From Eledone cirrhosa (Eukaryota), in assembly GCA_964016885.1 (NCBI GenBank), contig OZ024744.1:132804001-132868000 (forward strand): 64,000 nt of DNA. Reading direction: 5' to 3'. The notes below the pieces were generated by a model, which saw only the letters and a list, made by a program, of their open reading frames with translations, was not told where the DNA came from and did no database searches. Positions 55,335 to 64,000 of this stretch are shown piece by piece. The first letter of the stretch is position 1; every line of letters begins with the position of its first letter. The position numbers were made by a program, and so were the translations under genes.

Positions 55335-57220
55335 TTAACTTATCCCCAACTTAACTGAACCCCAACTTAACTGAACCCCAACTTAAATTAACCCCAACTT
55401 AACTTAACCCCAACTTAACTTAACCCCAACTTAACTCAACACCAACTTAACTCAACCCCAACTTAACTCAACCCCAATTTAACTCAACCCCAACTTAACT
55501 CAACCCCAACTTAACTTAACCCCAACTTAACTGAACCCTAACTTAACTTAACCCCGACTTAACTTAACCCCGACTTAACTTAACCCCAACTTAACTTAAC
55601 CCCAACTTAACTTAACCCCAACTTAACTTAACCCCAACTTAATTTAACCCCATCTTAACCCCAACTTAACTTAACCCCAACTTAACTGAACCCCAACTTA
55701 AATAAACCCCAACTTAACTTAACCCCAAGTTAACTTAACCCCAACTTAACTTAACCCCAACTTAACTCAGCCCCAACTTAACTTAGCCCCAACTTAACTT
55801 AACCCCAACTTAACTTAACCCCAACTTAACTTAACCCCAACTTAACTTAACCCCAACTTAACTTAACCCCAACTTAACTTAAACCCAACTTAACTTAACC
55901 CCAACTTAAATTATCCCCAACTTAACTTATCCCCAACTTAACTTAACCCCAACTTAACTTAACCCCAACTTAACTTAACCCCAACTTAATTTAACCCCAA
56001 CTTAACTTAACCTCAACTTAACTTAACCCCAACTTAACTTAACCCCATCTTAACTTAACCCCAACTTAACTTAACCCCAACTTAACTTAACCCCAACTTA
56101 AATTAACCCCAACTTAACTTAACCCCAACTTAACTTAACCCCGACTTAACTTAACCCCAACTTAACTTAACCCCAACTTAACTTAACCCCAACTTAACCC
56201 CAACTTAACTTGACCCCAACTTAACTTAACCCCAACTTAACTCAACCCCAACTTAACTTAACCCCAACTTAACTCAGCCCCAACTTAACTCAGCCCCAAC
56301 TTAACTTAGCCCCAACTTAACTTAACACCAACTTAACTTAACCCCACCTTAACTTAACCCCAACTTAACTTAACCCCAACTTAACTTATCCCCAACTTAA
56401 CTGAACCCCAACTTAACTTAACCCCAACTTAATATAACCCCAACTTAACTTAACCCCAACTTAACTCAACCCCAACTTAAATTAACCCCAACTTAACTTA
56501 ACCCCAACTTAACTTAACCCCAACTTAATTAACCCCAACTTAAATTAACCCCAACTTAACTTAACACCAACTTAACGTAACCCCAACTTAATTTAACCCC
56601 AACTTAAATTAACCCCAACTTAACTTGCCCCCAACTTAACTTACCCCCAACGTAACTTAACCCCAACTTAATTTAACCCCAACTTAACTTAACCCCAAAT
56701 TAACTCAACCCCAACTTAACTCAACCCCAACTTAACTTAACCCCAACTTAACTTAACCCCAACTTAACTTAACCACAAATTAACTTAGCCCCAACTTAAA
56801 TTAACCCCAACTTAACTCAACCACAACTTAACTTAACCCCGACCTAACTTAACCCCAACTTAACTTAACCCCAACTTAACTTAACCCCAACTTCACTCAG
56901 CCCCAACTTAACTCAACCCCAACTTAACCCCAACTTAACTTAACCCCAACTTAAATTAACCACAAAGTTAACTTAACCCCAATTTAAATTAACCCCAACT
57001 TAACTTAACCCCAACTTAACATAACCACCACTTAATTAACCCCAACTTAACTCAACCCCAACTTAACTTAACCCTAACTTAACTTAACCCCAACTTAACC
57101 GCAACTTAACTTAACCCCAACTTAACTTACCCCCAACTTAACTTACCCCCAACTTAACTGAACCCCAACTTAAGTTAAGCCTAACTTAACTTAACGCCAA
57201 CTTAACTTAACCCCGACTTA

Positions 57221-57393
57221 GGGCTTAAGTTAAGTTGGGGCTAAGTTAAGTTGGGGTTAAGTCAAGTTGGAAGTTGTGGTTGAGTGAAGTTGGGGTTAAG
57301 TTAAGTTGGGGTTGAGTGAAGTTGGGGTTAAGTTAAGTTGGGGTTGAGTTAAGTTGGGGTTGAGTGAAGTTGGGGTTAAGTTAAGTTGGGGTT
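57221..57393 (-). repeat. 173-bp inverted satellite island, copy 6 (TAAG allele)
   Basis: Same junctions and length, with flanking markers as in copies 2 and 5. Confidence 0.97.
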
Positions 57394-60300
57394 AACCCCA
57401 ACTTAACTTAACCCCAACTTAACTTAACCCCAACTTAACTTAACCCCAACTTAACTTAACCCCAACATAACTTAACCCCAACTTAAATTAACCCCAACTT
57501 AACTTAAACTCAACTTAACTAACCAACTTAACTTAACCCCAACTTAACTTAACCCCAACTTAACTTAACCCCAACTTAACTTAACCCCAACTTAACTTAA
57601 CCCCAACTTAAATTAACCCCAACTTAACTTAACCCCAACTTAACTTAACCCCGACTTAACTTAACCCCAACTTAACTTAACCCCAACTTAACTTAGCCCC
57701 AACTTAACTTAGCCCCAACTTAACTTAGCCCCAACTTAACTTAACCCCAACTTAACATAACCGCACCTTAACTTAACCTCAACTTAACATAACTGCAACT
57801 TAACTTAACCCCAACTTAACTTAACCCCAACTTAACTCAACACCAACTTAACTCAACCCCAACTTAACTCAACCCCAATTTCACTCAACCCCAAGTTAAC
57901 TCAACCCCAACTTAACTTAACCCCAACTTAACTGAACCCTAACTTAACTTAACCCCGACTTAAATTAAGCCCAACTTAACTTAACCCCAACTTAACTCAG
58001 CCCCAACTTAACTTAGCCCTAACTTAACTTAACCCCAACTTAACTTAACCCCAACTTAATTAACCCCAACTTAAATTAACCCCAACTTAACTTAATACCA
58101 ACTTAACGTAACCCCATCTTAAATAAACCCCAACTTAAATTAACCCCAACTTAACTTAAACCCAACTTAACTTAACCCCAACTTAACTCAGCCCCAACTT
58201 AACTTAGCCCCAACTTAACTTAACCCCAACTTAACTTAACCCCAACTTAACTTAACCCCAACCTAACTTATCCCCAACTTAACTTAACCCCAACTTAACT
58301 TAAACCCAACTTAACTTAACCCCAACTTAAACTATCCCCAACTTAACTTATCCCCAACTTAACTTAACCCCAACTTAACTTAACCCCAACTTAACTTAAC
58401 CCCAACTTAATTTAACCCCAACTTAACTTAACCTCAACTTAACTTAACCCCAACTTAACTTAACCCCAACTTAACTTAACCCCAACTTAAATTAGCCCCA
58501 ACTTAACTTAACCCCAACTTAAATTAACCCCAACTTAACTTAACCCCAACTTAACTTAACCCCGACTTAAATTAACCCCAACTTAACTTAACCCCAACTT
58601 AACTTAACCCCAACTTAACTTAACCACAAATTAACTTAACCCCAACTTAACTTAACCCCAACTTAACTTAACCCCAACTTAACTTAACCCCAACTTAACT
58701 TAAACCTAACTTAACTTAACCCCAACTTAACCCCAACTTAACTTGACCCCAACTTAACTTAACCCCAACTTAACTCAACCCCAACTTAACTTAACCCCAA
58801 CTTCACTCAGCCCCAACTTAACTCAGCCCCAACTTAACTTAGCCCCAACTTAACTTAACACCAACTTAACTTAACCCCAACTTAACCCCAACTTAACTTA
58901 ACCCCAACTTAACTCAACCCCAACTTAACTTAACCCCAACTTAACTCAGCCCCAACTTAACTCAGCCCCAACTTAACTTAGCCCCAACTTAACTTAACAC
59001 CAACTTAACTTAACCCCAACTTAACTTAACCCCAACTTAACTTAACCCCAACTTAACTTATCCCCAACTTAACTGAACCCCAACTTAACTTAACCCCAAC
59101 TTAATATAACCCCAACTTAACTTAACCCCAACTTAACTCAACCCCAACTTAAATTAACCCCAACTTAACTTAACCCCAACTTAACTTAACCCCAACTTAA
59201 TTAACCCCAACTTAAATTAACCCCAACTTAACTTAACACCAACTTAACGTAACCCCAACTTAACTTAACCCCAACTTAACTTAAACCTAACTTAACTTAA
59301 CCCCAACTTAACCCCAACTTAACTTGACCCCAACTTAACTTAACCCCAACTTAACTCAACCCCAACTTAACTTAACCCCAACTTAACTCAGCCCCAACTT
59401 AACTCAGCCCCAACTTAACTTAGCCCCAACTTAACTTAACACCAACTTAACTTAACCCCAACTTAACTTAACCCCAACTTAACTTAACCCCAACTTAACT
59501 TATCCCCAACTTAACTGAACCCCAACTTAACTGAACCCCAACTTAAATTAACCCCAACTTAACTTAACCCCAACTTAACTTAACCCCAACTTAACTCAAC
59601 ACCAACTTAACTCAACCCCAACTTAACTCAACCCCAATTTAACTCAACCCCAACTTAACTCAACCCCAACTTAACTTAACCCCAAATTAACTGAACCCTA
59701 ACTTAACTTAACCCCGACTTAACTTAACCCCGACTTAACTTAACCCCAACTTAACTTAACCCCAACTTAACTTAACCCCAACTTAACTTAACCCCAACTT
59801 AATTTAACCCCATCTTAACCCCAACTTAACTTAACCCCAACTTAACTGAACCCCAACTTAAATTAACCCCAACTTAAATAAACCCCAACTTAACTTAACC
59901 CCAACTTAACTTAACCCCAACTTAACTTAACCCCAACTTAACTCAGCCCCAACTTAACTTAGCCCCAACTTAACTTAACCCCAACTTAACTTAACCCCAA
60001 CTTAACTTAACCCCAACTTAACTTAACCCCAACTTAACTTAACCCCAATTTAACTTAAACCCAACTTAACTTAACCCCAACTTAAATTATCCCCAACTTA
60101 ACTTATCCCCAACTTAACTTAACCCCAACTTAACTTAACCCCAACTTAACTTAACCCCAACTTAATTTAACCCCAACTTAACTTAACCTCAACTTAACTT
60201 AACCCCAACTTAACTTAACCCCATCTTAACTTAACCCCAACTTAACTTAACCCCAACTTAACTTAACCCCAACTTAAATTAACCCCAACTTAACTTAACC

Positions 60301-61572
60301 CCAACTTAACTTAACCCCGACTTAACTTAACCCCAACTTAACTTAACCCCAACTTAACTTAACCCCAACTTAACCCCAACTTAACTTGACCCCAACTTAA
60401 CTTAACCCCAACTTAACTTAAACTTAACTTAACTTAACCCCAACTTAACCCCAACTTAACTTGACCCCAACTTAACTTAACCCCAACTTAACTCAACCCC
60501 AACTTAACTTAACCCCAACTTAACTCAGCCCCAACTTAACTCAGCCCCAACTTAACTTAGCCCCAACTTAACTTAACACCAACTTAACTTAACCCCAACT
60601 TAACTTAACCCCAACTTAACTTAACCCCAACTTAACTTATCCCCAACTTAACTGAACCCCAACTTAACTCAACCCCAACTTAAATTAACCCCAACTTAAC
60701 TTAACCCCAACTTAACTTAACCCCAACTTAATTAACCCCAACTTAAATTAACCCCAACTTAACTTAACACCAACTTAACGTAACCCCAACTTAATTTAAC
60801 CCCAACTTAAATTAACCCCAACTTAACTTGCCCCCAACTTAACTTACCCCCAACTTAACTTAACCCCAACTTAATTTAACCCCAACTTAATTTAACCCCA
60901 ACTTAACTTAAACCCAACTTAACTTAACCCCAACTTAACTTAACCCCAAATTAACTCAACCCCAACTTAACTCAACCCCAACTTAACTTAACCACAAATT
61001 AAATTAGCCCCAACTTAAATTAACCCCAACTTAACTCAACCACAACTTAACTTAACCCCGACTTAACTTAACCCCACCTTAACTTAACCTCAACTTAACT
61101 TAACTGCAACTTAACTTAACCCCAACTTAACTTAACCCCAACTTAACTCAACACCAACTTAACTCAACCCCAACTTAACTCAACGCCAATTTAACTCAAC
61201 CCCAACTTAACTCAACCCCAACTTAACTTAACCCCGACTTAAATTAACCCCGACTTAACTTAACCCCAACTTAACTCAACCCCAACTTAACTTAACCCCA
61301 ACTTAAATTAACCACAAAGTTAACTTAACCCCAATTTAAATTAACCCCAACTTAACTTAACCCCAACTTAACATAACCACCACTTAATTAACCCCAACTT
61401 AACTCAACCCCAACTTAACTTAACCCTAACTTAACTTAACCCCAACTTAACCGCAACTTAACTTAACCCCAACTTAACTTACCCCCAACTTAACTTACCC
61501 CCAACTTAACTGAACCCCAACTTAAGTTAAGCCTAACTTAACTTAACGCCAACTTAACTTAACCCCGACTTA

Positions 61573-61745
61573 GGGCTTAAGTTAAGTTGGGGCTAAGTTA
61601 AGTTGGGGTTAAGTCAAGTTGGAAGTTGTGGTTGAGTGAAGTTGGGGTTAAGTTAAGTTGGGGTTGAGTGAAGTTGGGGTTAAGTTAAGTTGGGGTTGAG
61701 TTAAGTTGGGGTTGAGTGAAGTTGGGGTTAAGTTAAGTTGGGGTT
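61573..61745 (-). repeat. 173-bp inverted satellite island, copy 7 (TAAG allele, short shared flanks)
   Basis: Same junctions and length. The usual flanks are present only from about 61270 to about 61950. Confidence 0.97.
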
Positions 61746-62940
61746 AACCCCAACTTAACTTAACCCCAACTTAACTTAACCCCAACTTAACTTAACCCCA
61801 ACTTAACTTAACCCCAACATAACTTAACCCCAACTTAAATTAACCCCAACTTAACTTAAACTCAACTTAACTAACCAACTTAACTTAACCCCAACTTAAC
61901 TTAACCCCAACTTAACTTAACCCCAACTTAACTTAACCCCAACTTAACTTAACCCCGACTTAAATTAACCCCGACTTAACTTAACCCCAACTTAACTCAA
62001 CCCCAACTTAACTTAACCCCAACTTAACTTAACCCCAACTTAACTTAACCCCAACTTAAATTAACCCCAACTTAACTTAAACTCAACTTAACTAACCAAC
62101 TTAACTTAACCCCAACTTAACTTGACCCCAACTTAACTTAACCCCAACTTAACTTAAACCCAACTTAACTTAACCCCAACTTAACTTAACCCCAACTTAA
62201 CTTAACCCCAACTTAACCCCAAATTAAATTAACCTCAACTTAACTTAACCCCAACTTAACTTAGCCCCAACTTAACTTAGCCCCAACTTAACTTAGCCCC
62301 AACTTAACTTAACCCCAACTTAACTTAACCGCACCTTAACTTAACCTCAACTTAACTTAACTGCAACTTAACTTAACCCCAACTTAACTTAACCCCAACT
62401 TAACTCAAAACCAACTTAACTCAACCCCAACTTAACTCAACCCCAATTTAACTCAACCCCAACTTAACTCAACCCCAACTTAACTTAACCCCAACTTAAC
62501 TGAACCCTAACTTAACTTAACCCCAACTTAACTTAACCCCAACTTAATTTAACCCCAACTTAACTTAACCTCAACTTAACTTAACCCCAACTTAACTTAA
62601 CCCCATCTTAACTTAACCCCAACTTAACTTAACCCCAACTTAACTTAACCCCAACTTAAATTAACCCCAACTTAACTTAACCCCAACTTAACTTAACCCC
62701 GACTTAACTTAACCCCAACTTAACTTAACCCCAACTTAACTTAACCCCAACTTAACCCCAACTTAACTTGACCCCAACTTAACTTAACCCCAACTTAACT
62801 CAACCCCAACTTAACTTAACCCCAACTTAACTCAGCCCCAACTTAACTCAGCCCCAACTTAACTTAGCCCCAACTTAACTTAACACCAACTTAACTTAAC
62901 CCCACCTTAACTTAACCCCAACTTAACTTAAGCCCAACTT

Positions 62941-64000
62941 AACTTATCCCCAACTTAACTGAACCCCAACTTAACTTAACCCCAACTTAATATAACCCCA
63001 ACTTAACTTAACCCCAACTTAAATCAACCCCAACTTAAATTAACCCCAACTTAACTTAACCCCAACTTAAGTTAACCCCAACTTAATTAACCCCAACTTG
63101 AATTAACCCCATCTTAACTTAACACCAACTTAACGTAACCCCAACTTAATTTAACCCCAACTTAAATTAACCCCAACTTAACTTGCCCCCAACTTAACTT
63201 ACCCCCAACGTAACCTAACCCCAACTTAATTTAACCCCAACTTAATTTAACCCCAACTTAACTTAACCCCAAATTAACTCAACCCCAACTTAACTCAACC
63301 CCAACTTAACTTAACCCCAACTTAACTTAACCCCAACTTAACTTAACCACAAATTAACTTAGCCCCAACTTAAATTAACCCCAACTTAACTCAACCACAA
63401 CTTAACTTAACCCCGACCTAACTTAACCCCAACTTAACTTAACCCCAACTTAACTTAACCCCAACTTCACTCAACCTCAACTTAACTCAACCCCAACTTA
63501 ACCCCAACTTAACTTAACCCCAACTTAAATTAACCACAAAGTTAACTTAACCCCAATTTAAATTAACCCCAACTTAACTTAACCCCAACTTAACATAACC
63601 ACCACTTAATTAACCCCAACTTAACTCAACCCCAACTTAACTTAACCCCAACTTAACTTAACCCCAACTTAACTTAAACCCAACTTAACTTAACCCCAAC
63701 TTAAATTATCCCCAACTTAACTTATCCCCAACTTAACTTAACCCCAACTTAACTTAACCCCAACTTAACTTAACCCCAACTTAATTTAACCCCAACTTAA
63801 CTTAACCTCAACTTAACTTAACCCCAACTTAACTTAACCCCATCTTAACTTAACCCCAACTTAACTTAACCCCAACTTAACTTAACCCCAACTTAAATTA
63901 ACCCCAACTTAACTTAACCCCAACTTAACTTAACCCCGACTTAACTTAACCCCAACTTAACTTAACCCCAACTTAACTTAACCCGAACTTAACCCCAACT
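62941..64000 (+). repeat. Forward-orientation partner of the inverted block (reverse complement of 54181-55240)
   Basis: Matching coordinates sum to 118181, for example the G of AACTTGAATT at 63100 pairs with the C at 55081. The rare AAATCAACC, AAGTT and TTGAATT variants are shared. I noticed three mismatches in 1060 bp. Confidence 0.93.

Larger units (their letters stand above)
1..64000 (+). repeat. Satellite DNA array, 16-bp monomer AACCCCAACTTAACTT (about 4000 monomers), C-rich strand on +, extends past both window edges
   Basis: Positions 1-16 are aaccccaacttaactt and the unit repeats head-to-tail to the end of the window. The consensus has 6 A, 6 C, 4 T and no G. Recurrent 11-bp (AACCCCAACTT) and 15-bp (AACCCCAACTTAATT) length variants and single-base variants occur throughout. 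No unique sequence interrupts the array. Confidence 0.99.

Noticed and set aside
1-64000. Protein-coding ORFs on either strand
   Set aside because: Each consensus monomer has two TTAA, giving TAA on both strands, and the 16-bp period rotates through all three frames. Stops therefore occur every few codons in all six frames, and ATG is almost absent.
1-64000. CRISPR array or other repeat-spacer system
   Set aside because: The repeats are directly abutting with no unique spacers, leader or cas genes.
1-64000. Freshly telomerase-synthesised terminal telomere tract
   Set aside because: Variants recur in fixed order over kb-scale duplicated blocks and there are internal inversions, which indicates DNA-templated amplification. 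A telomeric origin remains possible but is not shown.
1-64000. Nucleosome-phased design (16 bp is about 1.5 helical turns; 10 monomers = 160 bp)
   Set aside because: This is numerical coincidence only. The observed duplication periods share no obvious nucleosome-length multiple, and nothing in the sequence tests the idea.

Overview
The whole 64-kb window is one eukaryotic-type, non-coding tandem repeat (satellite) array. The 16-bp consensus is AACCCC-AACTT-AACTT (opposite strand TTAAG-TTAAG-TTGGGG), which has a telomere-like composition with extreme C/G strand skew. I see no genes, RNA genes, transposons or CRISPR arrays. Point variants of the monomer occur in a fixed order and serve as a barcode, which reveals the following structure. 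(i) There is an irregular higher-order repeat of about 440 bp, plus nested kb-scale duplications with periods of 4944, 3786, 3291, 2090 and 1413 bp. (ii) Seven copies of one 173-bp strand-inverted island are present, each with a fold-back junction on the left and a zero-spacer palindrome on the right. (iii) A 2.2-kb inverted insertion (53056-55240) has its left breakpoint hidden inside an eighth, re-inverted island. It is flanked by a 94-bp direct duplication and mirrors the sequence starting at 62941. All alignments were done by eye using rare variant markers, so island edges are near exact and duplication edges are approximate. The organism and chromosomal location (centromeric, subtelomeric or interstitial) cannot be determined from the sequence alone.
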